A stretch of 64,000 bases of DNA from Candidatus Nealsonbacteria bacterium (GTDB taxonomy: Bacteria; Patescibacteriota; Minisyncoccia; Minisyncoccales; JANBVM01). Under the pieces are notes generated by a model that saw nothing but the letters and a program-made list of their open reading frames with translations, searched no databases and was not told where the DNA came from. The DNA lies in the NCBI GenBank assembly GCA_026016225.1, contig CP061210.1:194000-257999 (forward strand). The letters run 5' to 3'. Below, in pieces: positions 14,748-23,065 of this stretch (positions within the stretch are counted from its first letter, which is position 1; every line of letters begins with the position of its first letter). Position numbers and translations under genes: made by a program.

Positions 14748-14900
14748 ATGCAGAAAAATACTAATATTATTGTAATTATAGGAATTGATTTTTTGATACT
14801 AACCGAGGACACTAAAAAGTGTTTGGATTATGGTATTTCCCCTGTTAATTCTAAGGGAGTAAATGAGAGGCTTAGTACGCTAAAGAGAAAACAAAAATAA
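14748..14900 (+). CDS. possible 50-aa small protein (alternatively part of a non-coding transcript)
   Basis: ATG 14748 to TAA 14898-14900. Sequence MQKNTNIIVIIGIDFLILTEDTKKCLDYGISPVNSKGVNERLSTLKRKQK. It lies between a strong promoter and a terminator. No obvious SD. Confidence 0.25.
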   Translation: MQKNTNIIVIIGIDFLILTEDTKKCLDYGISPVNSKGVNERLSTLKRKQK

Positions 14901-14930
14901 TAAATAATAAATAATAATATAGACTACTAG

Positions 14931-14957
14931 ACCTCTCTATAAAAGAGGTTATTTTTA
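14931..14957 (+). terminator. rho-independent terminator
   Basis: ACCTCT-ctataaa-AGAGGT followed by TATTTTTA. Confidence 0.6.
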
Positions 14958-14978
14958 TCTAATATTTCGATATTTAAT

Positions 14979-15452
14979 ATGACAGATAAATTCTATTTAA
15001 CTAAAAAAGGTTTAGAAAAAATAAAAAAAGAATATCAGGATTTAAAAAGAATTAAGACAGCTAAAACAAAAGGAGAATCACCTAAGGTTTTACATTCCGA
15101 AGATTTAAACCCGGAATATCTTTCTTTTAGAGAAGACCTCAGTTTTTTGGAAACAAGAATAGCTGAACTTGACTATATTTTAAAAAACGTTGAGTTAATC
15201 AGACTTCCTCAGAAAAGAAAAAGAAATATTGTAAGTTTAGGAGCTACTGTTACTCTGGAAGAGGCAGGTGGTCGAATAAATGAGTTTATGATTGTCGGTA
15301 CCTTAGAAGCTAATCCGAGTGAAGGAAAGATATCTTCAGAATCCCCGATAGGTAAGACTCTTTTGGGGCATAAAATAGGTGATGAAATAGTGACTGTTTC
15401 TCCAATTAAAGTAGTTTATAATATCAAAAAGATTAAATATAAATTATCTTGA
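14979..15452 (+). CDS. greA: transcription elongation factor GreA
   Basis: 157 aa. N-terminal coiled coil (LTKKGLEKIKKEYQDL...) and C-terminal domain (SLGATVTL...ISSESPIGKTLLGHKIGDEI) typical of GreA. Confidence 0.8.
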   Translation: MTDKFYLTKKGLEKIKKEYQDLKRIKTAKTKGESPKVLHSEDLNPEYLSFREDLSFLETRIAELDYILKNVELIRLPQKRKRNIVSLGATVTLEEAGGRINEFMIVGTLEANPSEGKISSESPIGKTLLGHKIGDEIVTVSPIKVVYNIKKIKYKLS

Positions 15453-15468
15453 TAGTTACATTAAAGAT

Positions 15469-16230
15469 GTGAATATAAAGAAATTAATTTGTATTTCTTT
15501 TTCAGTGGCATTTTTGGTTCTTCTTTTTTTCCCGGGGGACTTCCCTGATAACTCTAAATTTAGAGAGCTCTTAGATTCTGCTTCTCCTGATAAAGTTATC
15601 ATCGTTTTTAACTCTGGCGGTTGGGGAAATACTCCGTTAGAGAAAGCAAAAGATTTTTATCCTATTATAGAAGGTATTGAAAAAACCCTAAATGATTTAG
15701 GTTATAAATCAATAATTGTGCCTTACAGGAGGACAGAAGATAGTTTCTTGGGTAAGGTTGAAGGCATAAGAGAATTTTTGACTTCTTTTAAAAATCAATC
15801 TACAAAATTAACTCATGAGATTGAGTATTTTCAGGAATGCAATCCCGATAGTAAAATAGTTATAGCAGGATTATCTAGTGGGGCAGCATTCGTTGATAAA
15901 GTAATGGAAAAGATATCAGAAAAAGAAATAAAAAATGTTTTTGCCATTGAGGCAGGCATTCCTTTTTGGGAAAAAGCTTTAAATTCTGAAAATGTTCTTC
16001 TATTAGATAATGAAGGTAGAGATTCGCTTTCCAAAAAAGAAATAAAGACCTTGTTTTTTTCTTTATTTGAAGCTCCTTTTAAATTAGTTTTAGCTAAAAT
16101 CTCCGGCGGAAATCTTCCTTTTTCACATGCCTTTCGTGTTCCCGGTCATGACTATTTTTGGAATTCATCCTCTACCGGTTCTAAAATTGCAACTTTTCTT
16201 GAAGATAAATTTGCTCTTCAAGATTTTTAA
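15469..16230 (+). CDS. membrane-anchored hypothetical protein, possible alpha/beta-hydrolase fold
   Basis: 253 aa with a GTG start. N-terminal hydrophobic anchor. IAGLSSGAAF resembles a GxSxG nucleophile elbow. Confidence 0.4.
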   Translation: MNIKKLICISFSVAFLVLLFFPGDFPDNSKFRELLDSASPDKVIIVFNSGGWGNTPLEKAKDFYPIIEGIEKTLNDLGYKSIIVPYRRTEDSFLGKVEGIREFLTSFKNQSTKLTHEIEYFQECNPDSKIVIAGLSSGAAFVDKVMEKISEKEIKNVFAIEAGIPFWEKALNSENVLLLDNEGRDSLSKKEIKTLFFSLFEAPFKLVLAKISGGNLPFSHAFRVPGHDYFWNSSSTGSKIATFLEDKFALQDF

Positions 16231-16238
16231 TTCTAAAG

Positions 16239-17252
16239 ATGATAATTACATCTGCTCCAGGTAAGGTTATTTTATTTGGGGAACATGCTGTTGTCTATGA
16301 TAAATTAGGGATTGTTTGCAGTATTGATAAAAGATGTAATGTTAAGATTTTATCTACTAAAGAAAACAGGATTTTTATTAGGTCTGAAAAACTTGGTTTA
16401 GCAAAAGTTTTAAATAAAAAAGAACTATTTAGCTTTTTTAATACAATTAATAATTTAAGAAGTAAAGATAAATTTGATGGGACAAAAGAGGTTTTTGAAA
16501 AAGATAAGTTAGCTCCTATCTTTTTTGTTATTGCTAATATTTTTAAAAAATACGACTTTAAGGGTTTGAGGGTAGAGATTGACTCAGAGATTCCCAAGGG
16601 CCTGGGTTCAAGTTCTGCTGTTTTTTCAGCCATTGCACTTGGGGTTCTGAAGTTTTTGGGAAAAATTCCTTCTAAAAAAGAAATCTCTGATTTTGCCTAT
16701 CAAGGAGACTTAATAGCTCATGGCGGAACTCCATCAGGTATAGATAATGCAGCTGTTACTTACGGAGGTTATTTAAAATACAGAAAATCAATAGGGATTG
16801 AGCCTTTAGAAATTGATTTTGAAATTCCCCTATTAGTTGTTGAGAGCGGCGAAGAAGCAAAAACAGCAGAAACTGTTTCTTATGTAAGAAAAAATAAAAA
16901 AGAGAATCCCGAATTTGTAAACCCTATTTTAAATTCCCTAAATAGTATTTCTGAGAAAGCGTTAGAAGCTTTAATTTTTCAAAAATTAGATGATTTAGGA
17001 AGGTTGATGTTTAAATACTATCAAGAATTAAAAAGACTTAATATTTCAACTGAGAAATTAGACAAAATTATTGAAATTGCTTTACAGAATAGTGTCTTGG
17101 GAGCAAAACCCACCGGCGGCTGGGGTGGAGGTTGTTGTTTAATTTTGGCAAAAAATGAAAAAAGAATAGATAATTTAATGAAAGTTTTTAAAAAAAATGG
17201 TTTTAAATCTTTTCGAGTTAAGATTGGAGTAGAAGGAGTAAAATTAATTTAG
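16239..17252 (+). CDS. mvk: mevalonate kinase (GHMP kinase family)
   Basis: SAPGKVILFGEHAVVY N-terminus, GHMP motif PKGLGSSSAV, and KPTGGWGGGC near the C-terminus. Confidence 0.8.
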   Translation: MIITSAPGKVILFGEHAVVYDKLGIVCSIDKRCNVKILSTKENRIFIRSEKLGLAKVLNKKELFSFFNTINNLRSKDKFDGTKEVFEKDKLAPIFFVIANIFKKYDFKGLRVEIDSEIPKGLGSSSAVFSAIALGVLKFLGKIPSKKEISDFAYQGDLIAHGGTPSGIDNAAVTYGGYLKYRKSIGIEPLEIDFEIPLLVVESGEEAKTAETVSYVRKNKKENPEFVNPILNSLNSISEKALEALIFQKLDDLGRLMFKYYQELKRLNISTEKLDKIIEIALQNSVLGAKPTGGWGGGCCLILAKNEKRIDNLMKVFKKNGFKSFRVKIGVEGVKLI

Positions 17253-17275
17253 TAAAAGTAATCTTTCTTATACTC

Positions 17276-17311
17276 AATCCTCACCAAAAAATCTGGTGCG
17301 GATTTTATTTT
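17276..17311 (+). terminator. terminator after mvk
   Basis: AATCCTCACCA-aaaaatc-TGGTGCGGATT hairpin (one mismatch) followed by TTTATTTT. Confidence 0.6.
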
Positions 17312-17344
17312 GAGAACTAAAAAAGCTATAATTAAGCTAACAAT

Positions 17345-18361
17345 ATGATAAAGAAGATTTTACTTTTTCTTTTTTCTCTTTTTTTAGGTATAGGACTTTT
17401 TATCTGGATTATTAATTTTGTTGGTTGGCAGGAAATTAAGAATGCTTTTTTAGTTTTTACCGGTTGGCAGGGGGGAGTAATTTTTATTCTGACGCTATTG
17501 ATGATGATAATTGGAAATTGGAAATGGAAAGAAATCCTAAAAGGAGAAGGAACAGAAGTTTCTTTTTGGAAGCTGTTTAAGCCTTATTTGGCTGGTTTTG
17601 GTATAATGTTTTTGGCGCCAATTCTCCTTGGATTAGGAGAGATTTTCCGGAGTTATGAGATAAGAAGAAAAACTCATATTTCCTGGCCAAAAGCCACGGC
17701 TTCAGTAATAATAGATAGGATTTTAGAGTGGACTGTTAATTTAATAATCATTTTTATAGGGGTATTAATTTTTCTTTATAAAATTGGTCTCCCACCCAAA
17801 AATCTAATAATAGTTTTTGGCGGAGTATTTTTACTTTTTGTTATTGGAATTTTTATTTTTTATTTCAAAACCTTTAAAAGAGAAAGTATAGCAAAAACAT
17901 TTGGAAGAATTTTTAATGGAAAATTAGATAAAGAACCTTTCGATACTGAAAAAGAAATATTTAATTTTTTTAAATTCCAAAATAAATCAATGTGGACAAG
18001 TTTTACTTTTTCTTTCCTTAGAGTGGGTGTAATGTATTTAAGAACTTGGTTTTTAATAAATTTTTTAGGAAAAGAAATTTCTGCTTTATCTACTTTATCT
18101 ATTCTTGGCTTTACTTATTTAGCAGCAATAATACCTATTCCAACCTCTTTAGGTTCCCATGAAGCAATTCAAACCTTTGCTTTTAAATCTTTGGGTTTGG
18201 GGATTTCTTCAGCTACCGCTTTTACTATGATTATTAGAGCGGCTGAGCTTTTATTTGCTTTAGCGGGAGTTATAATTTTGCTTAGACTGGGAGTGATATT
18301 TTTGAAAAGCCTCCTTTTTAAAAGCATCGAGAAATTAACCAATGTTAAAAATAATTTATAA
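17345..18361 (+). CDS. flippase-like / lysylphosphatidylglycerol-synthase-TM-region (TIGR00374, UPF0104) membrane protein
   Basis: 338 aa with about 8 predicted TM segments. The layout is typical of the UPF0104 family. The call rests on general resemblance only. Confidence 0.45.
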   Translation: MIKKILLFLFSLFLGIGLFIWIINFVGWQEIKNAFLVFTGWQGGVIFILTLLMMIIGNWKWKEILKGEGTEVSFWKLFKPYLAGFGIMFLAPILLGLGEIFRSYEIRRKTHISWPKATASVIIDRILEWTVNLIIIFIGVLIFLYKIGLPPKNLIIVFGGVFLLFVIGIFIFYFKTFKRESIAKTFGRIFNGKLDKEPFDTEKEIFNFFKFQNKSMWTSFTFSFLRVGVMYLRTWFLINFLGKEISALSTLSILGFTYLAAIIPIPTSLGSHEAIQTFAFKSLGLGISSATAFTMIIRAAELLFALAGVIILLRLGVIFLKSLLFKSIEKLTNVKNNL

Positions 18362-18363
18362 TT

Positions 18364-18768
18364 ATGAGATTTTCAATTAGTACAAAAGGGTTTACTGATA
18401 TTATTGATATAACCTCAAAGGTTTCTGAGTTTGTGAAAAAATCTGGTGTAAAAGAAGGAATTTGTTTGATATCCTGTCCCGGTTCAACCTGCGGAATAAC
18501 AACTATTGAGTACGAATCAGGGTTGATTGAGGATTTGAAAAGAGTTTTAGAAAAAATTGCGCCAATGTCAAAGGATTACGAACACTGTAAAAAATGGGGA
18601 GATTGCAATGGTTATGCTCATATTCGTTCAGCCTTAATGAAGCCATTTTTAGCTGTCTCTATTGAGGAAGGGAAATTAGTTTTGGGTACGTGGCAAAACC
18701 TCGTTTTTATTGACTTCGATAACAGACCTAGAGAGCGGAAGGTGATAATTAAAATTATTGCGGGATAA
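18364..18768 (+). CDS. yjbQ: YjbQ-family (UPF0047, secondary thiamine-phosphate synthase) protein
   Basis: 134 aa. DITSKV..., CPGSTCGITTIEYE and GYAHIRSALM...GTWQ blocks are characteristic of YjbQ. Confidence 0.7.
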   Translation: MRFSISTKGFTDIIDITSKVSEFVKKSGVKEGICLISCPGSTCGITTIEYESGLIEDLKRVLEKIAPMSKDYEHCKKWGDCNGYAHIRSALMKPFLAVSIEEGKLVLGTWQNLVFIDFDNRPRERKVIIKIIAG

Positions 18769-19897
18769 GTTGATATTTAAATCGCGAACCTTTCTTATAC
18801 TTTTTAACTTTATTTTGTTTCATTAACATTTGTAAATGATGGTAAACTGTCCATAAATTTATATTAGCTATTTCCCGTAACTCAAAAGCAGTTTTAGATT
18901 CCGCTTTTAAAGCGTTTAATATTATTCTTTTGGTTTCAAATTTCTTCCTTTGTTTCCAACTCCTGTGTTTGAATTTTATTATATTACCAATCTCGTTTAA
19001 TTTTCTTCCGATGCCTAAGTTAGGATATTTAAAAATTAATTCATTGCAGCCTTGAAAGAATTTTTCTACAGATTCATAACTTAATAATAATGAGTAATGT
19101 TCTCTTGTCATTTTACCTCTCCATTTGAAAGTAGAAATACTACATTTATATCCCAGCGATTCAACTATATTTCTCAAATCCATAATGAATTTTTTATTAG
19201 AAGATAGAAACCTTACACTCCCAGAGACATTTCCATCATCGTGCAAAAACGCTAGCAAAGTTGCAATTTTATTTTCTTTATCTCCTTTTAGTACCTTGGG
19301 AGGAATTCTACATTTAGCACTTAGATAGGTGGGAATATTGAAATAGTTTGTTACGATAACTGAAAATATAGCTGGAAAATAATGCGCTCTTTTATATTTT
19401 TTAATTCTATATTTCCCGAAAACATTAGAAGTTATTTTTTCAAATCTTTTCAAGCCACTTTCTTCTTTTTGGTAATATATAAAATTATTTCTATTAATAC
19501 ATCCATCGCACATCATATGAATTGCAATAGACGTGAACTCGGGTGTAATCTTTATCGGTAACTGTGGTCTGAAAATATAAAGTCTTCCATAAGTAGAAAC
19601 ATAACCCTGTATGTTTCTTTCAACTTCTAATAGTGTGACCTTTATCTTCTTTGAAATCTCATATATAGCCCATGCTGGGATATACTTTGCTTTTTTATGG
19701 TATTGCCATACAATTCTATAGTCAGTGGTAATATTTTTGTTATATAATTTTGATTTCCTCTGTAAAAATAAAGCTAATTTCTTCACGGATTTGAAATCTT
19801 TCTTGGTTTTTTCAAAAAACTTTTCTTTAAAATCTGAATTTAACTTAATAGACATTAAATAAAGCGGAAATTGCCACCAATGAATACTTTTCTGCAT
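18755..19897 (-). CDS. free-standing double-motif LAGLIDADG homing-endonuclease-like protein with a C-terminal winged-helix domain
   Basis: 380 aa. Motif 1 is SIAIHMMCDGCI (Asp131) and motif 2 is LLAFLHDDGNVSG (Asp220/221), about 90 aa apart. The C-terminal ELREIANINLWTVYHHLQMLMKQNKV is HTH-like. The 3' end overlaps yjbQ by 14 nt. Confidence 0.6.
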   Translation of the reverse strand: MQKSIHWWQFPLYLMSIKLNSDFKEKFFEKTKKDFKSVKKLALFLQRKSKLYNKNITTDYRIVWQYHKKAKYIPAWAIYEISKKIKVTLLEVERNIQGYVSTYGRLYIFRPQLPIKITPEFTSIAIHMMCDGCINRNNFIYYQKEESGLKRFEKITSNVFGKYRIKKYKRAHYFPAIFSVIVTNYFNIPTYLSAKCRIPPKVLKGDKENKIATLLAFLHDDGNVSGSVRFLSSNKKFIMDLRNIVESLGYKCSISTFKWRGKMTREHYSLLLSYESVEKFFQGCNELIFKYPNLGIGRKLNEIGNIIKFKHRSWKQRKKFETKRIILNALKAESKTAFELREIANINLWTVYHHLQMLMKQNKVKKYKKGSRFKYQLIPQ

Positions 19898-19946
19898 ATT
19901 ATATAATTATAATTTATTTGCACGATTTTGATAATAGATCAAAACC

Positions 19947-19974
19947 TTGCTAAAAACGAAGCTTATTCTAAAAT
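19947..19974 (+). promoter_or_regulatory. promoter whose -10 box lies 9 nt from the ATG (leaderless-type)
   Basis: TTGCTA (19947-19952), 16-nt spacer, TAAAAT (19969-19974), ATG at 19984. Confidence 0.45.
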
Positions 19975-19983
19975 AAAGTAACA

Positions 19984-20613
19984 ATGTCAAAAGCTATTAA
20001 TAAAGTTATTAAGACTTTGATATTTAGCGATTTTGTTTTGAACAGCGCTTGGGGTTTTCTCGCTCCCATTTTCGCTATCTTTATAGTTAAGAACATTACG
20101 TTTGGAAATTTGGCAGAAGGAGCTAAGATAGCAGGCTTTGCCACTTTAGTGTATTGGATTGTTAAATCTATACTTCAGATTCCAATAGGTAGACGTCTTG
20201 ATAGAGACCATGGAGAAAAAGACGACTTCCGATTTATGGTATTAGGCATATTCTTAACCGGTCTGGTTCCTTTTGGGTTTATGATTTCCTTTTTGGCTTG
20301 GCATATTTATGTTTTTCAAATTTTACATGCCGTTGGTATGGCAATGGCAGTACCTTCCTGGTTAGCTATTTTCACCAGACATATTGATAGGGGGAAAGAG
20401 GCTTATGAGTGGAGTTTAGAAAGTACTTCTTTGGGATTTGGGGCTGGAATTGCAGGAGCTATAGGAGGATTTATGGTTGCACTCTATGGATTTAATATTA
20501 TATTTATTTTAGTAGGATTTTTTACTATTGTTTCTGCTCTTTTACTTTTATTAATTCATGAAGAAATTGTTTCTAAAAATCATATTTTTCCTAAACTCCC
20601 TTATTCTTTTTAG
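19984..20613 (+). CDS. half-size (6-TM) MFS-like membrane protein
   Basis: 209 aa with six hydrophobic segments. MFS motif-A-like GRRLDRDHGEKDD lies between TM2 and TM3. The C-terminal six-helix half is absent. Confidence 0.5.
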   Translation: MSKAINKVIKTLIFSDFVLNSAWGFLAPIFAIFIVKNITFGNLAEGAKIAGFATLVYWIVKSILQIPIGRRLDRDHGEKDDFRFMVLGIFLTGLVPFGFMISFLAWHIYVFQILHAVGMAMAVPSWLAIFTRHIDRGKEAYEWSLESTSLGFGAGIAGAIGGFMVALYGFNIIFILVGFFTIVSALLLLLIHEEIVSKNHIFPKLPYSF

Positions 20614-20616
20614 ATT

Positions 20617-22398
20617 ATGAACAATCTCAAAATTGCCAAAATATTTTATATGATTGCAGAATATTTGGAAATGGAAGAAGACCCTTTTAGACCCCAAGCT
20701 TATAAAAAAGCAGCTTTTACTTTAGAGAACATGGAAGAAGATGTTGGAGAGATTTACAAAAGAGAGGGGACAAAGGGACTGAAAAAAATCCCCGGAGTAG
20801 GAGAAGGAATTGCTTCAAAAATTGTAGAATACTTAAAAGTTGGAAAAGTAAAATACTATGAAAAACTGAAGAAAAAAGCCCCGGTTGATGTGGAAGAACT
20901 TACTGCTGTTGAGGGAATGGGACCAAAGAGAATTAAGATATTGTATAAAGAGTTAGGAATCAGAAACATCAAAGATTTAGAGAAAGCAGTCAAATTACAT
21001 AAAATTGCTCCATTATTTGGCTTTGGTGAGAAAACCGAGAGAAATATTTTAGAAGGAATTGAGTTTTTAAAAAAAAGTAAAGGTAGATTTTTATTGGGAG
21101 AGATTTTACCTGCAGCAAAAGAGATTTACGAGAAATTGAAAAATTTAAAAGAGGTTGAAAAAATTACTATTGTAGGTTCTTTAAGAAGAATGAAAGAAAC
21201 TATTGGTGATATTGATTTTTTAATCACTGTTAAAGGATCTAAAAAATCCGCCTTAGCTAAAGCTTCAGCAAATAAGATAATGGATTTTTTTGTTTCTCTG
21301 CCAGATATTGTCAAGCTCTGGGGGAAAGGACCTACAAAATCATCTGTAAGAATGAGGCAAGGTTTTGATGTGGATATCAGGGTTATTCCGGCTGAAAGCT
21401 ATGGAGCAGCTCTTCAGTATTTTACAGGCTCAAAAGAACATAATATTATTACAAGAAAAATTGCTATTGCTAAGGGTTTAAAATTGAATGAATATGGGTT
21501 GTTTCGGGGTTCTAAAATGCTCGCTGGAAAAAATGAAGAAAAGATATATGAAATCTTGGGTATGCAATGGATTCCACCTGAATTGAGGGAAGACCGGGGA
21601 GAAATTGAAGCAGCTCTTAAAGGAAAATTACCTGTATTAATTGAAAAAAAAGATATCAGAGGTGATTTGCATTGTCATTCAAATTGGGATGGAGGAGAAC
21701 ATTCAATTTTAGAAATGGCAAAAAAAGCAATGGAAATGCATTATGACTATTTAGGGATTTCAGACCATACAAAATTTTTAAGGATAGAAAATGGTTTGAA
21801 TGAAAAACAGTTATCCCAGCAAAGAAAAGAAATTGATGAATTAAATTCAAAATTCAAAATCAACCCTACGGGGAGTCGTAGGCGACAACAAAATTCAAAA
21901 TTTAGAATATTACAGGGAGCAGAAACAAATATTTTAAACGATGGCTCAATTGATATTAATGATACTGCTTTAAAGAAATTGGATTATGCTATTGCTGGAA
22001 TTCACTCCAATTTTAAGATGACAAAAGCAAAAATGACAGAGAGAATAATTCGGGCAATGAAAAACCCAAATATTAATATTATTTCTCATCCTACGGGAAG
22101 ATTGTTAAAGAGAAGAGAAGAATACCAGATTGATTTTGATAAAATCTTGAGGGCAGCTAAGGAATTTAGTGTTGTCTTAGAAATCAATTCTTTTCCTTTA
22201 AGATTAGATTTAAATGACCAGCATATTAGGCGATGCAAGGAGGCGGGAGTAAAAATGGTAATTAATACTGATTCCCATCATAAAAACCAGATGAGATATA
22301 TAGAATTAGGAGTAGCTCAAGCGCGCCGGGGCTGGGCTGAGAAAAAAGATATTATTAATACTCAATCTATAGATAAATTATTAAAATATTTTAAATAG
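20617..22398 (+). CDS. polX: family X DNA polymerase with a C-terminal PHP domain (PolX)
   Basis: 593 aa. HhH motifs (IPGVGEGIASKI, VEGMGPKRI), the Pol-beta-like core GSLRRMKETIGDIDFL, and a PHP domain (DLHCHSNWDGGEH ... NTDSHH). Confidence 0.8.
   Translation: MNNLKIAKIFYMIAEYLEMEEDPFRPQAYKKAAFTLENMEEDVGEIYKREGTKGLKKIPGVGEGIASKIVEYLKVGKVKYYEKLKKKAPVDVEELTAVEGMGPKRIKILYKELGIRNIKDLEKAVKLHKIAPLFGFGEKTERNILEGIEFLKKSKGRFLLGEILPAAKEIYEKLKNLKEVEKITIVGSLRRMKETIGDIDFLITVKGSKKSALAKASANKIMDFFVSLPDIVKLWGKGPTKSSVRMRQGFDVDIRVIPAESYGAALQYFTGSKEHNIITRKIAIAKGLKLNEYGLFRGSKMLAGKNEEKIYEILGMQWIPPELREDRGEIEAALKGKLPVLIEKKDIRGDLHCHSNWDGGEHSILEMAKKAMEMHYDYLGISDHTKFLRIENGLNEKQLSQQRKEIDELNSKFKINPTGSRRRQQNSKFRILQGAETNILNDGSIDINDTALKKLDYAIAGIHSNFKMTKAKMTERIIRAMKNPNINIISHPTGRLLKRREEYQIDFDKILRAAKEFSVVLEINSFPLRLDLNDQHIRRCKEAGVKMVINTDSHHKNQMRYIELGVAQARRGWAEKKDIINTQSIDKLLKYFK
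21848..21901. repeat. GC-rich hairpin insert flanked by 13-bp direct repeats, in frame in polX
   Basis: CAAAATTCAAAAT (21848-21860) and an identical copy (21889-21901) flank caaCCCTACGgggagtCGTAGGcgacaa. Stem CCTACG (21865-21870) / CGTAGG (21877-21882). Confidence 0.65.
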
Positions 22399-22399
22399 T

Positions 22400-22453
22400 A
22401 TGTTTTTGGAAAGATCGGCAGGAGCTGTAGTTTTTAGAAAAGAAAAAAAGGTA
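22400..22453 (+). pseudogene. possible N-terminal remnant of a Nudix hydrolase gene
   Basis: ATG at 22400, right after the polX stop, encodes MFLERSAGAVVFRKEKKV. E.SAGAVVFR is a common Nudix N-terminus. The frame then runs through a terminator and antisense into rplT without a Nudix box. Confidence 0.2.
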
Positions 22454-22461
22454 AAAAACCC

Positions 22462-22496
22462 CAAAAAGCCATCTTTTAAATGGCTATTTTTTTTAA
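22462..22496. terminator. bidirectional terminator between polX and rplT
   Basis: AGCCAT-cttttaa-ATGGCT hairpin with an A-run upstream and a T-run downstream. Confidence 0.65.
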
Positions 22497-22507
22497 GAAA
22501 AAGTCTT

Positions 22508-22855
22508 TTAACTTTTTACCTTCTCGAGAATTTTTTCAAAGATTTTAGGATGTTTCCTTGCCAATTCTGACAAAACCTTTCTATCAAGCTCAATTTTATT
22601 TTTCTTTAAACTATTAATAAACCTACTATAAGAGATTCCTTTTTCCCGGCAGGCGGCATTAATCTGTATTTGCCAGAGAGCTCTAAAATTTCTTTTTTTC
22701 TTTTTTCTATCTACATAAGCGTGAGCCCAGGCATGAAACAAAGCATCTTTTGCCAAGCGATACTTTGATTTTCTTCCCCACATGAATCCTTTTGTTAGCT
22801 TCAGAATCCTTTTTCTTTTTTTATGAGAGGTTGTGCCTCGCTTTACTCTAACCAT
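22508..22855 (-). CDS. rplT: 50S ribosomal protein L20
   Basis: MVRVKRGTTSHKKRKRILKLTKGF...YVDRKKKKRNFRALWQIQINAA is a canonical L20 sequence. Confidence 0.95.
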   Translation of the reverse strand: MVRVKRGTTSHKKRKRILKLTKGFMWGRKSKYRLAKDALFHAWAHAYVDRKKKKRNFRALWQIQINAACREKGISYSRFINSLKKNKIELDRKVLSELARKHPKIFEKILEKVKS

Positions 22856-22871
22856 AAATTTCTATGAGTTT

Positions 22872-23057
22872 CTAAGAACGTAGTAACTTTTTTATTTTTT
22901 TTGCTTCAGGTTTTGATAATTCAACCAATTTTCGTTTTTTTCTTTTCGTTTTCCCTGATTTTTTTGCCAAGTAATGGTCAATACCGGTCTGTCGTCTTAA
23001 GACCTTGCCTGTCCTGGTTATTTTGAAACGTTTTTGAATAGATTTTCTTATTCCCAT
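22872..23057 (-). CDS. rpmI: 50S ribosomal protein L35
   Basis: 61 aa. KRFKITRTGKVLRRQTG..H.L.KKS is the L35 pattern. It sits in the conserved infC-rpmI-rplT order. Confidence 0.9.
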   Translation of the reverse strand: MGIRKSIQKRFKITRTGKVLRRQTGIDHYLAKKSGKTKRKKRKLVELSKPEAKKIKKLLRS

Positions 23058-23065
23058 ATTTTCCT

